A stretch of 64,000 nucleotides of DNA. Origin: Vulcanimicrobiota bacterium. Lineage in GTDB: Bacteria; Vulcanimicrobiota; Vulcanimicrobiia; Vulcanimicrobiales; Vulcanimicrobiaceae. Position 1 is the stretch's first letter. The number at the start of each line of letters is the position of its first letter. Where the stretch lies: positions 480,001-544,000 of the forward strand of contig CAWHWQ010000005.1 in assembly GCA_963833095.1 (NCBI GenBank), in the 5' to 3' direction. The notes under the pieces are model-generated. The model was not told where the DNA came from. It worked only from the letters and a program-made list of their open reading frames with translations, and ran no database searches. Made by a program: the position numbers and the translations under genes. Positions 1 to 11,758 of this stretch are shown here, in pieces.

Positions 1-128
1 TCCGGCGCGCGTGCGCGGCGGCGCCGAGATCGTGCAAATCGGCCTCGTTGATAGATGCGCACGCCTTCTTCGAACGTGAGGCGTCCGCCGGTTGCGGCGC
101 GATCGAGCAAACTAGCTAGCGAGGACAC
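1..128 (-). CDS. mqnC: N-terminus of cyclic dehypoxanthinyl futalosine synthase (radical SAM); runs off the window edge
   Basis: Minus strand reads LLDRAATGGRLTFEEG..., then (after a frameshift) NEADLHDLGAAAHAR, typical of an MqnC/CofH-family start. Lies directly downstream of mqnA and mqnE. Confidence 0.6.
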   Translation of the reverse strand, partial: MSSLASLLDRAATGGRLTFEEGVRIYQRGRFARSRRRRARAP

Positions 129-973
129 CGATGACCTCCGGGAGCGACGAGCGGAACCGCACGCGATGGCGCCGATGGCGTGCAGCTCGCGGCAGAACGC
201 GGCGAGGCCGTTTTGCGCGGCCGAGTGGAACGTGAAGTTGAGTTTGCCGTAGTAGGCTTCGTAAAACCCGGGCGGACGCGCGATCAGACGCTGCGCTTCT
301 TCGACGACACGTACGATTGGTGCGAGCGCGACCACGTGTAGGCATCGGTGAGCGCGTCCATGCAGGCGCGAACGCCTTCGGGATCGCGCTCGTAGGCGTC
401 GCGGCGCGCGGCCCACACCGCGAAGACGGTTTGCTGGCCGGTCCACTCGTGCCACAAGCGTGCCGAGATCGTAGACCTGATCTCGCGCGGCAGCGACTGG
501 ATCGCGTCGATCGCCGAGTCGCCGATCAGCAGCGCCGGCTTCGCCGGCGCGCGCGCGCATCGAGCGGATGCGCCTCTTCGACGTACTCGGCATGCACGCC
601 GTAGCGGCGTTCCAGCAGGACCCGCAGCAGGTTCTCGCCCGACTGGCCGATTCGCCCGTAACGTAGATCGTCACGCCGTCGAGCTGCGCGGGCGGCGTCT
701 GCGAGACGAGCACGACGGAAACGACTTCGTCGCGCGCGCCGATGCACAGATCCGGCAGCAGCACCAGCTCGTCGGCAGTTGGCGGCCCAGGCAAACGCCG
801 CTGATCGGGCTCAAATCCAGTTCGCCGCCAAGCAGCATCGCGTTGAGGCGCGACGGAACGTCGGCATGCAGCGTCCCCGGATACGCGATAGCGCCCGCGT
901 CGAACGCGGCATAGACCGGCAGATCGTTGGTGTACGACGATCCGCCGCAACGCAGCGCATATGCCGCACTCAC
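112..973 (-). CDS. mqnA: Chorismate dehydratase (futalosine pathway), frameshifted
   Basis: Segments YTNDLPVYAAF, DVPSRLNAMLLGGELDLSPIS and LIGDSAID; operon context with mqnE and mqnC. Split across several frames. Confidence 0.8.
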
Positions 974-2122
974 GCGGTCAACCAGGTCGCCGCTGCGGTC
1001 GGGCGGCGCCCAGTCGTACGGGAAACGTCTCGATACGTCGAGTTGCGCCGGACCGGCATGTAGCCGGCGCCTTCGATCAGGCGGCGGAACTCGCGGTCGT
1101 CGACGTATTGCCCCGACTGCGTGCCGGCCGAGTGATAGATCATCTCCTCGTCGGTCGAGCCGTGCGTGCCGTCCATGTCGTCGGCGCCGTACTGCAGCGC
1201 GACCTGGCAAACTTTGAGCCCCTGGATCATCCAGTAGGCCTTGATGTGATCGAAGTTGTCGAGCATCAGCCGCGCGACCGCGAACGTGCGCAGATCGTCG
1301 AGGCCGGTCGTCCAGCCGCAATCCGAAAGTTCGTTGCCGTCGGGGTGAAACGCCAGCGGAATGAACGCGTTGAAACCCGGGCAACGCGCTCTTGCGATTC
1401 GCGCAGGCGGATCATGTGATCGACGCGATCTTCGAGCGACTCGATATGGCCGTACAGCATCGTCGCGTTGCTCGCGACGCCTTGGCGATGCAGTTCTTCG
1501 TGAATCGCGATCCAGTTTGCGCTCGAGACTTTGTTCGGGCAAATCTTCGCGCGCGTCTCTTCGCCGAAAATCTCGGCCGCGCCGCCGTTGACGTTATCCA
1601 GGCCGGCATCTTTGAGCGCCGCGACGATATCGGGGAAACGACAGCCGATGGCGCTTGGCCATGTACTCGATTTCGGCGGCGGTGAAGAGCGAGAGCTGAA
1701 CGTGCGGCAGCGCTTCCTTGAAAGCGGCGCATCAGCGGCAGCCAGTAGTCGAGCGAGAGCTGGCGCGGATCGTGGCCGCCGACGATATGAAGTTGATTGA
1801 AGTTCGTGCCGGTCTCCATCGCCTTGGCGAAGACCTGGTCGGCCGTCATCCGGAAGACGCGATTCGGGTTCTTTGAACTCGTCGGCTGCGAACGAGCAGA
1901 ACTTACACGCGGCAAAGCAGACGTTGGTCGAGTTGATGTAGCGGTTGAGAACGTAGTACACGTTCTTGCCGCTCTTGCGCTCCTTTTGATTGCGCGCGAG
2001 GCGGCCGAGCGTGTGAATGTCGGGCGTGCGATAGAGCGCGAGCCCGTCGGCCATCGAAAGCGGCATCGCCCGCCTCGACTTTGCGCTCGATCTCGATCAG
2101 CGCGGGATCACTGGTATGCCAC
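970..2122 (-). CDS. mqnE: Aminodeoxyfutalosine synthase (radical SAM), frameshifted
   Basis: CxxxCxxC motif (NVCFAACKFC), NATMLYGHIES, FIPLAFHP, RLMLDNFDHIKAYW, ALQYGADDMDGT. Confidence 0.85.
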
Positions 2123-2149
2123 GTGAACCTTCCTATTCTATCTTCGGCT

Positions 2150-2780
2150 CTAACTCTCGCGCCCCTGCAGGGCAAGACCTTTGTGGGCAAGAGCGGCCAG
2201 CGCCGCGGCGATGACGCCACGCCCCAGAGCACCCCGCCCACAAGGTCGGTCAGGTAATGGGCGCCAAGCGCCAGCCGCGACCAGAGGATCCCGAGCGCCA
2301 GCGGCAGCTAAGCCGCAGGCAAGCCGGCTCGTGCCGGGCGGCAGTCGCTGCGGCGCCACAAAGTCCGCCCAGCAACAGGTAGAAGCCGACGGCGATCGCC
2401 GCATGCGAGCTGGGGTACGAAAACGCCGTCTCGTGTTTCACGACCCAATCCAGACGCCGCGGCCGCGCAAAGAGATGTTGAAAGAGATCGGCGCCGCTGC
2501 CAGCAGATGCAGCAGCACGACGAATCCGAACGCGACGCGCGCCGCGCCACGCGGGGAAGCGAAAGGCGATCGCAATCAGCGCGATGGCAAGCGGCCCGAG
2601 CAAGTATGCGATAGCCGAACCAAGTAAACCACCAGGCGATCAGCGTCGAATGATTCACCCATGACGCTCGCTCGAGCGATCAGCGCACGCCGGTTCGCCG
2701 GTGCGTGATCGACGATCCTCCCGAGCGACAGAAATATCCCGAGAAGCCCGAATGCGATCGGCGGCAGCGATGCAGGCATG
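2150..2780 (-). CDS. PAP2-family membrane phosphatase, frameshifted
   Basis: Hydrophobic segments, ARPR and FSYPSSHA motifs; a C-terminal GAHY motif in another frame. Confidence 0.65.
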
Positions 2781-2794
2781 CGTAGCAGGAACGG

Positions 2795-5008
2795 CTGCAG
2801 AAGAGATCTTGTTGGCCGCCTTCGCCATCTTGCCAAGCCGCGGCGCCATCATTTCGAGCTCGGCGAAGCCGAGCAGAATTTTGCGCGGCTTGGTGCCTTC
2901 GTGCGGCCCGACGACTTTGAACTCTTCGAGCTGCTTCATCAAGCGCACCGCGCGCGGATGGCCGATCGAAAACTGCGACTGCAGCTGCGCGGTCGACGCG
3001 TAGTTGGTTTCGATGATGAACTTGGCGGCGTCGTAGCAGAGCGGGATCGGCGTCTCTTACCGTTCTTTTCTCGTCGTCGCCGACCGGAACGATCTCGACG
3101 TCGAGCAGATTATCCGGCCGCGCCTGCTTCGCCCAGAAGTCGACGAGCCGCGTTGACCTCGTTGCCGGTGATCAGCGCGCCCTGCGCGCGAATCGGCTTG
3201 GGCGCGTCGATCGGGAGATAGAGCATGTCGCCGCGGCCGAGCAGCCGTTCCGCGCCGTTCATATCGAGAATCGTGCGCGAGTCGACTTGCGAACTCACCG
3301 CAAAGGCGATGCGCGACGGAACGTTGGCTTTGATCAAGCCGGTGATGACGTCGACCGACGGGCGCTGCGTCGCAACGATCAGGTGGATGCCGGTCGCGCG
3401 CGCGAGCTGCGCGATCCGCATGATCGTCGTTTCGACTTTGGCCGGCGCGACCAGCATCAAATCGGCAAGCTCGTCGATGATGATCACGATGTACGGTAGC
3501 TTTTCGTCGGGAAACTTCGCGTTGTATTCTTCGATCTTGCGCACGCCCGCCTTGGCGAAGCGCTCGTAGCGCGAATCCATTTCCTTGGTCATCTCGAACA
3601 GCGCGCCGGCCGCCAGGCGCGCGTCGGTGATTACCTCTTTGATAAGATGCGGAATGCCGTTGTAGACGGTCAGTTCGACGCGCTTCGGATCGATCATCAG
3701 CAGCTGCACTTGATCCGGCGTTGCGATGACCAGCAGCGAAGCGATGATCGTATTCAGGCAGACGGATTTGCCCGAGCCGGTCGCGCCGGCGACGAGCAAA
3801 TGCGGCATCTTGCGCGAGGTCGCCGAAGACCGGGCGGCCGGTGATGTCTTTGCCGAGCGCCATCCAAAGCGGCGGAACCGTTCCGCGGTTCGGCATCGCT
3901 TCGAGAATCTCGCGGATCGCCACGATCGACACCGTTTGAGTTCGGGATCTCGATCCCGACTGCCGATTTGCCGGGAATCGGCGCTTCGATGCGCACGCTG
4001 GTCGCCGCCAGCGCGAGCGCGAGATCGTCGGCGAGCGAGGCGATCTTCGAAATCTTGATGCCGCGCTCGGGCTTGAGTTCGTAGCGCGTGATCGACGGGC
4101 CGCGCTCGATATGCATCACCTTCGCGCCGACACCGAAGCTCGCCAGCGTGTCTTCGAGCACGTGCGCGCGGTTCGAATCGTCGACGACTTGCGCTTGCGG
4201 CGGATCGAAGAGCGCAAGATCGGGCAGGCGGTACGTACGCGTCGAGGCGACGAGGTCGGCGGATTCGTACTCGCCCGGCAACCGCCGCCGGCACCGGCAT
4301 GGGCGATCGGCGCCGACGGCCGGTACAGGCGAAAGAACGATCGGAGCAGCGACGCGCGGCGGCGGCGGTTCCGTCCTCCACTTCGTCGCTCGGCGTCGCA
4401 GCGTTGACGGCTTCGGCTGCTTGCGGTCGCTGCTTTGGAAGCGCAGAACGCCTCGCGCACCGAGGCGTGCCCTTCCGGGACCGGCAAGCGACATCTTCGG
4501 AAATTTTGGCGAGCGAATCCGCCGAGAGGAACACGAGCACCCGGCCGATGAGCTGCTTGAGGCTGACGTTCGTCAGCCACAGCGTGAGCGACAGCGCGAC
4601 CGAGCACCAGCACGACCCAGGCGCCGGCCGTGCCGACAAGGCCGCTCAGCGCCCACCAGATGCTGCCGCCGACAAGCCCGCCGTTCCGCTGCGGCCGGCT
4701 GAGCCAAACATCGCATCGATGATCAGGAAATAGACGAGCGCCGACGTGCCCTGCGTGGCGATCAGCCCCGGAACGTTGACTTCAAGGAAGATGATCCCGC
4801 CGAAAAGCGCGACCAGCACCGGGAAAAGCGCGGCGGCTCCTCCAAAGAGTCCGTGCAGTCCGTCCGCGAGCGCGTGGCCGATGTTGCCGGCGTGCTGCGG
4901 CACCGCCAGGGAGATTCCGCAGAGGATCGCCATTCCGAACGCGGCGATTCCGACGATCTCGAGGTTCAGCCGCTTCCTCGCGCTCGTCTTCCGGCGTGCT
5001 CTTGCCAT
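2795..5008 (-). CDS. ftsK: DNA translocase FtsK/SpoIIIE, frameshifted
   Basis: N-terminal TM helices, [14 protein letters not shown] (Walker A), [10 protein letters not shown] (Walker B), [25 protein letters not shown]-terminal gamma domain. 3' end approximate. Confidence 0.93.
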
Positions 5009-5045
5009 GGAAACTATCGTTTCTTCGTATCGATTAGGAGTTCAT

Positions 5046-6130
5046 TTGACGACCCCGACCATCGTCGTCCTCGAGGGCGACCAGACCGGACAAGAACTGC
5101 TCGTCGAAGCGCTGCGCGTGCTCGACCGATCGGTCATCGACATCGAGCTGCCTTCGAGCACTACGACCTCTCGCTCGAAAATCGGCGCGAGACGAAGAAC
5201 GCACGTCGTGCTACGATGCCGCCGACAGCGATGAAGAAACATCGTCTCGGCCTCAAAGCCGCGACGATCACGCCGGAACAAAAAGGCGACGTCGGTTCGC
5301 CCAACGCGATCCTGCGCAAAGCGGTCGACGGCAAAGTGATCGTCCGCACCGGCCGCAAACTGCCGCGCGTGCGCCCGGTCGCCGGCATTCACGCGCCGAT
5401 CTCGGTCGTGCGCATGGCCGTCGGCGACGCGTACGGCGCGAAGGAATGGCGCGAAGGCGAGGGGATGGACGAAGTCGCGTATCGGACCGAAGCGATTTCG
5501 CGCAGCGTCTGCCGGTCCGTCGCTGAATACGCGTTCGTTCACGCGCGCAAAATGGGCGCGAAGGTTTTCGGCGGCCCGAAGTACACGGTCAGCCCGGTCT
5601 ACGAAGGGATGCTCAAGGAAGAGATGGATGCCGCCGGCCGCGCGCCATCCCGACGTTCCGTACGAACCGCAGCTCATCGACGCGACCTACGCGCTGCTGC
5701 TTTCGAATGCCGGCGACTACCGCTGGTGATTCCGTCGCTCAATCGCGACGGCGACTGCCTCTCGGATTTGGTCATGCAGCTCTTCGGCTCGATCGCCGGC
5801 GCCGAATCGGTGCTGCTCGTCGTTCGACGACGAGCTCAAGCCAGATCGGTCGTCATGGCCGAAGCTCCGCACGGCACGGCGCCGCGGCTCTTCGGAAAGA
5901 ACGTCGCCAACCCGCTGGCGATGATCCTGGCGGCCGGCGCGGTGCTCTCCTACATCGAGGACCGGCGCGCCGAGCAACGCAGTCGCGTGCCATCTACGAG
6001 GCCGTCCTTCGAAGCCGTCCACGAGGGCATCGCCACCGCCGATCTCGGCGGCCACTCGACCACGACCGAGTTCACCGACGCCGTCATCGAAGGCGTGCGA
6101 CGCAAACTCGACGTCTGGTCGACGCTCTAG
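5046..6130 (+). CDS. Isocitrate/isopropylmalate dehydrogenase family protein, frameshifted
   Basis: AGGAG RBS then TTG start; IVVLEGDQTGQEL, NRDGDCLSD, EAPHGTAP, ANPLAMILA, TADLGG motifs. Confidence 0.85.
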
Positions 6131-6160
6131 CTCTGGGATGAGTGTAAAGTTTCATATAAA

Positions 6161-6224
6161 CCAGGACCACGGAACTATAGTTCCTTGGTCTGGGGTTAAG
6201 CAGGCGCTTACGGGGGACCGATTT
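6161..6224 (+). promoter_or_regulatory. Palindromic putative operator and weak sigma28-like promoter upstream of the PilZ gene pair
   Basis: Perfect 14-bp palindrome GGAACTATAGTTCC (6171-6184) inside an imperfect inverted repeat 6161-6193; TAAG-N16-ACCGATTT at 6197-6224 resembles the FliA/SigD consensus. Confidence 0.35.
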
Positions 6225-6234
6225 TATAAAAAGG

Positions 6235-7089
6235 ATGTTGGGGCTCTCACGACGCGCCGTTCAAGGTATTGAACGGGGCAATCAGCGACGTACCTACCGG
6301 CAGTCGATCGAGTTACCGATTGCGATCGAGGCTGGTCTGCCCGCGCCTGTATATGGAACCCTCGTCAATATTTCCGAGACCGGTTGCCGGATACGCTCGC
6401 TGATCCTGATCGATCGCGACCGCGACGTCCGCTTCGAACTCAAGCGCCCCGGTCACAAAGCCATCTCGCTCAAGGGACGCGTCGTCTCGCGCTCGACCCC
6501 TGCCACCGGCGGCGGATATGAGTACGGCGTCACCTTCGTCCTGAGCAATTCGGAGCGCGAGGTGCTCCTGCGGGAGATTCAAGAGATGCAGCGCCGCGAA
6601 GCTGCGGCTCGGGCGGATAATCGCCCGCAAGCCGCTGTGACGCCGGCGACCACCGGCAAGCAGCGCCGCGGCAGCGTCCGCACGATGGTCGGATTTCGGG
6701 TCCGCTACCGGACCCCCGGCAAACCTGCGATTGTGGCCGAGGCCAATGACGTCTCAATGGGCGGTCTGCGCCTCATCACGGTCGAGAAGATCGAGATCGG
6801 GACGATGGTCGAGTTGCGCTTCACGCTTCCCAACAGCGTGCTGTGGGTCTACCCGGCAGCCGAGCAACGCACCGAGATCACGCCCTTCGGCGAGCGCCGC
6901 ATCCGGATTCCCGACAACCGTCGCGCTTTCGACGAGATGCTCGTTCACGGCCGCGTCGTGTCGCGTTTCGCGCCGCAGCGTGAGCGCGAAGTCTACGGCG
7001 TGCAGTTCACCGATATCGATGGTTACCAACGCGAGGAGATCGCGCGCTTTACGCATGCGGTGCAACTCGCGAAACTTCGGTCGGATTAG
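6235..7089 (+). CDS. Tandem PilZ-domain protein (putative c-di-GMP receptor)
   Basis: Two RxxxR + [D/N]xSxxG motif sets: RRTYR/NISETG and RGSVR/DVSMGG. Intact ORF. Confidence 0.85.
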   Translation: MLGLSRRAVQGIERGNQRRTYRQSIELPIAIEAGLPAPVYGTLVNISETGCRIRSLILIDRDRDVRFELKRPGHKAISLKGRVVSRSTPATGGGYEYGVTFVLSNSEREVLLREIQEMQRREAAARADNRPQAAVTPATTGKQRRGSVRTMVGFRVRYRTPGKPAIVAEANDVSMGGLRLITVEKIEIGTMVELRFTLPNSVLWVYPAAEQRTEITPFGERRIRIPDNRRAFDEMLVHGRVVSRFAPQREREVYGVQFTDIDGYQREEIARFTHAVQLAKLRSD

Positions 7090-7125
7090 ACCGCAGCGGA
7101 CATTCCAAGGAAAGGCTACCCTATC

Positions 7126-8016
7126 ATGAGCTGGATTCCCAAGAAGAGTACGACCGCAATGGGTTGGGGTGCACCCGCGCAGATTGCAACTCCTGTCGCG
7201 ACCCTGATGACTCCCCGTTCCGCGGTTTGCTCGCTGGAGATGCCGGTCGTGATGAGCGTGCGCCGTCTGCCGGCGCCGGTTTACGGCACGCTGATTGATA
7301 TCAACGCCCAAAGCGCTCGCGTTCGTTCGCTGGTCCTGATGGAGCGCGGCGCCGAGGTCGAGTTCGACTTAGCGCTCCTTGGAAACGAGCCGATCACGCT
7401 CAACGGCCGAGTTGACGCGCGTCGTAACGCCAACTCCGGTGCCCGGTTCGAGTATCACCTCTCATTCGCGTCAATGGCCGAGGCTCAAATCGATGCATTG
7501 GTCCGCATGGTTCGCGCTCTCGAACAGCGCAACGCGGCGTCGCGCTCGATTCAGAACTCGATTGCGCAGCTTCCCACGACCGACAAAGCAAAGCGCGGCA
7601 GCTACCGCGCGCTCTCCGCGTTTCCGGCCTATTTCCGTCGCGAGGGCGACGCGTGGGGCGAAGGCAAGGTTGGTGACATCTCCGCGACCGGAATCCGCAT
7701 GAGCTGCGCCGAGCTCGTTGCGATTGGCACGATGCTCGATATGCGGATCACGTTGCCCTCGAGTGTGTTGGACGTCTACCCGGAAGAGACGGCGGTGCTC
7801 GACCTGACGCAAAACGTGCCGCGCCGCATCGGCCGCGCCGACATGCGTCGCAAGTTCGAAGAGATGGTGCTGCGCGGACGCGTAGTCACGCGCTTCCAGC
7901 CGGTCCGTGATCGCGAAGTCTACGGCGTTGCGTTCATCGAGATCGACGGATACCAACGCGAAGAAATCGCGCGCTTCACGCACGCGGTGCAGCTCTCGAA
8001 GATCCGCAGCGCCTAG
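7126..8016 (+). CDS. Tandem PilZ-domain protein, paralog of the upstream gene
   Basis: Shares LPAPVYGTL and REVYGVxFxxIDGYQREEIARFTHAVQL with 6235-7089; the second domain has RGSYR/DISATG. Confidence 0.8.
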   Translation: MSWIPKKSTTAMGWGAPAQIATPVATLMTPRSAVCSLEMPVVMSVRRLPAPVYGTLIDINAQSARVRSLVLMERGAEVEFDLALLGNEPITLNGRVDARRNANSGARFEYHLSFASMAEAQIDALVRMVRALEQRNAASRSIQNSIAQLPTTDKAKRGSYRALSAFPAYFRREGDAWGEGKVGDISATGIRMSCAELVAIGTMLDMRITLPSSVLDVYPEETAVLDLTQNVPRRIGRADMRRKFEEMVLRGRVVTRFQPVRDREVYGVAFIEIDGYQREEIARFTHAVQLSKIRSA

Positions 8017-8038
8017 ACGATTCGGCCGCGGCTAGCGG

Positions 8039-8883
8039 TTAACGTAGCGAGATCAACAAAACGCCGGCGAGCGCAAGTGCGACGCCGGCTTTTTGCGTGC
8101 GCGCGAGCCGCTCCTTGAGCACGACCCGAGCCAGGAACACGGTGCTCGCCGGATAGAGGCCGGTAAGCACCGCGGCGATCGCGAGACTGCCGTAGAACGT
8201 TGCGAGGACATACAGCACGTTCGCGATCATGTCGAGCAGACCGCACACGACGATCGGCGGCCAGTCTGAGCGAGGAGCGGCGAGGCTCGCACGCGTCGCA
8301 AGCGTGACGACTAGCAAGAGCGCGATTGACGCAAGACGCGCTGCGACGAGGTTATGCAAACCCGAGGCCGGATGCGTAATTCGACAGCAAGATAAGAAAC
8401 CGCCGAAGCCGAAGCCGGCGATGATCGCCTCCCTCACACCCTCCGTCGCAATCTCACGCTTGCCGTAGTCCTCAAACGAGAGCGAGATCATGACAATTGC
8501 GATAAGCGCGAGGACAAGGCCGATCATTTGAATGAGTGCGAGCCGGTCGCCGCGTATCGTTCCATAGATCAGCGGAATGGCGGCCGCTAAAACTGCGGTG
8601 ATCGGCGAAACGACGCCCATTTTCCCAATCGAAAGCGCGTGATACAGCATCGCCATGCCAATGCCGCCGCCAACGCCGCCGAGCAAACGCCCAACAAATA
8701 GTCGCTCGCAACCGGCTGGCCCCGGCGAGAACGGAAGCCGGCGACGGAGCAGGGCAAAACCGGCGGCTTGCGAGAGCGCGGCACGCTGAAGATCGTGGCG
8801 CGCCGCGCCGCTACCCCGCCTAAAAATCGGCCGCCCCGTAGAGCGCAGCCGAGAAGCAGGCTCAGCGCGACGCCGATCGCGCG
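8039..8883 (-). CDS. EamA/DMT-family transporter (5' part frameshifted)
   Basis: Multiple TM helices; LYHALSIGKMGVVSPITA and LTGLYPASTVFLARVVLKERL motifs. Confidence 0.8.
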
Positions 8884-10587
8884 CTAGACTTCCATCACCA
8901 CCGGAATCACCACCGGCCGGCGTTTCGTTCGCGCGTAGATCGACTTGGTGACGGTAGTGCGAATGTGTTCTTTGACGGCGTTGACGTCGCGCATCGCTTC
9001 GACCGAAACCTCGCCGATCGCCGTCACGCAGTTCGGTGCGCAGTTCGTCGAGCACGCCGTCCGACTCGGGCAAGATAGAAGACGCCCTTCGAGATGAGAT
9101 CCGGGCCCGCCGATCACGCGCGCTTCTTCGGAATCGATCGCGACGACGACCATCATGATGCCGTCGTTGGAGAGCGCCTTGCGGTCGCGCAATACCGCCT
9201 CGCCGACGTCGCCGACGCCCGAGCCGTCGACGAGCACGTTGCCGCCGTACGTCTTGCCGATCTTGTCGCCGTACTCTTGCGTGAACTCGAGCACGTCGCC
9301 GTTCTCGACGACGAAGACGTTGTCGGATTCGACGCCGGTCTGCACCGCCAGGCGTCCGTGCTGCACGAGCATGCGGTACTCGCCGTGCACCGGCACGAAG
9401 AACTCCGGCCGCACGAGGTTGAGCATCAGCAGCAGCTCTTCTTGCGAGGCGTGCCCGGAGACGTGCGACTTGCCGTCGGTGCCGTGAATCACGTGCGCGC
9501 CGAGCTTGTAGAGATTGTTGATCGTCTTATAGACGCTCTTCTCGTTGCCCGGGAATCGGCGTCGCGCTGATCACGATCGTATCGCCCGGGACGATGCGGA
9601 ACTTCTTATGATCGCGCACCGACATGCGCGCGAGGCCGCTCATCGGTTCGCCCTGCGAACCGGTCGTCATCACCACGACCTGTTCCGGCGGATAGCTGTC
9701 GACGTCTTCGATCTTGATCGTCGTCCCGGGCGGGATGCGCAGGTGCCCGAGCTCGCTCGAGAAATGCACGACGTTCTGCATCGAGCGCCCGAGGAACGCG
9801 ACCTTGCGCCCGAAGCGCTCGGCGTGGTCGACGGCCTGCTGGATGCGCGGCACGTTCGACGCAAACGACGCGATGACGATGCGCCCTTTGGCGCGCGCGA
9901 AGATCGCCGTAAAAGCCTCGCCGACGATGCGCTCGGAGAGCGTATGGCCGGGCCGTTCCGCGTTGGTGGAATCCGAGAGCATGCACAGCACGCCGCTCGT
10001 CGCCGACGCGCGCGATGCGCGCGAAGTCGGCGGGCTTGCCGTCGATCGGCGTTTGGTCGAACTTGAAGTCGCCGGTGTGGAAGATCGCGCCGACCGGCGT
10101 GCGGAGCGCCAGCGCGCAGGCGCCCGCCACCGAGTGATTGATGTGCACGAACTCGGCGTCGATCGAGCCGTAACGACACACGGTCGCCCGGCTTGACCTG
10201 CATGAAGTTCGATTTCGCCCATCTTGTGCTCGCGCGATTTGGCTTTGATCAGCGCGACCGTCATCGGCGTTCCGGCGACCGGCGTGTCCGGAAACTCGCG
10301 CAGAAAATACGGGATGCCGCCGATGTGATCTTCGTGCCCGTGCGTCACGAGCACGCCGCGCAGCTTGTGCGCGCGCTCGCGCACATAGGTGAAATCGTTG
10401 ATGACGACATCGACGCCGAACATCTCTTCGTCGGGGAACATCAGGCCGCAGTCGACCACGACCAGATCGTCGTTGGTCTCGATCACGGTCATGTTGCGGC
10501 CGATTTCGCCGCACCCGCCGAGAGGGACGACGCGAACGTAGGGCTCGTCCGGGCGGCGCGGGACGATCAGGGTATCGGGTTATTCAA
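8884..10587 (-). CDS. rnj: Ribonuclease J, frameshifted
   Basis: PLGGCGEIGRNM, THGHEDHIGG, HTGDFKFDQTP, TGSQGEPMS, HVSGHA, PVHGEYRML, RRPVVIPVVMEV. Confidence 0.93.
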
Positions 10588-10621
10588 AATGGCGCACTTT
10601 TCTTCGCGGACGGCGCGGGTG

Positions 10622-11000
10622 ATGGAGGCTCAGGCTCAACGATACCTCGCAGGGGTTGCCCTGGTTGGCTACCGCAGCGGCCCTTACCCTGGCCTCACCG
10701 GCGCCCCAGGAGCTACCTTCGCCCAGGCCGCCGGCCGCGGCGAGTACTCCGGCCGTCCCGGGCGCGTTCTTCTCGAAAAGCGCCCTGCGCCGGGCCCGGC
10801 TCATCATCCAGATGCATATGCTGGAGCTGCGCGAAGAGCGACTCGAATGCGTCCGTGCCGCGATTTTGCGGCGCCTCCCGCCGGAACTGCGGCCGACCGC
10901 AACAGGCTCGAGTGCCAGTGGAGTGAAACAATCGAGCGCTCCGAGCGCTACAACACCCCGTAGCGCGATTTCGAAAAGCGAGGATAAACAAGTGCTGGTA
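10622..11000 (+). CDS. Possible hypothetical exported protein (frameshifted, boundaries uncertain)
   Basis: Signal-like stretch LAGVALV/ATAAALTLASPA followed by a Pro-rich and a helical segment; fills the gap between rnj and the Yip1 gene. Confidence 0.3.
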
Positions 11001-11034
11001 GCCGACAACAAATGCTTCATCGAGAGAGGGCCTC

Positions 11035-11746
11035 ATGGCTATCGACTAACCGCGACCCGAAGGCGAACGGCCTAAAGACGCATTCGATACGTCATTTCCC
11101 CCAAGGAGGCATTCGAATCGCTTCGAGTCGTCGCCGACCTGGGGATGGGCGCATTTCTCATCACCTCGTGCGTCGCGATCTGCCCATACTTCGTGCCATG
11201 ATGCCCGCAAGCATTCGTGGCATCGCCGGCGACTTTGCGAAGAACCCGCAGATGCGCGGATGACCCCCGAGCAAGTCGCAAAAAGCGCTGGACATGGCCA
11301 AGAGGTCTGAGCTTTATCTGGCGGGGCCATTCTACGATCGTCGTGCTCTTCTTCGGCCTGATCGAAGCGCTCATCATGCTGGTCTTCAACGCCATGGGCC
11401 GCGGGTCGGGCACGTTGAAACGCTCTGGGCGAGCGCGGTGAACATCGGGATCATCTACGGAATCTCGCAGATCGTCGGAATGGCGGTCATCCTCTTGCGC
11501 GGCGCGGACGCTTCACAACGGCGGCGGTGAAGTCGGCGGTCCCTTCGCTCGCGCTGCTCGCACCGGCGGGTGCGGGCATAAAACTGGTGGCGTTCCTCGC
11601 CACGATCACGCCGTTTTCGATCTGGTCGATCGTGCTCGTGATGATGACGATGACGATCGTGGCACGCGTTCCAAAACTCCAAGCGTGGCTCGCCGCGATT
11701 CTTGTTGGGTTTTACCCGCACTTATGCCGTGGTGTTTGCCAAGTAA
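11035..11746 (+). CDS. Yip1-family (YknW-like) membrane protein, heavily frameshifted
   Basis: GAGAGGG RBS then ATG; fragments PKEAFESLR..PTWGW and FLATITPFSIWSIVL; several TM helices; first gene of an ABC export operon. Confidence 0.6.
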
Positions 11747-11758
11747 GTAGGAAGATCG

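Noticed and set aside
8039..9073. 344-aa ORF as an RNase J-EamA fusion
   Set aside because: It is an artefact of frameshifts; RNase J has its own normal C-terminus and stop at 8884.
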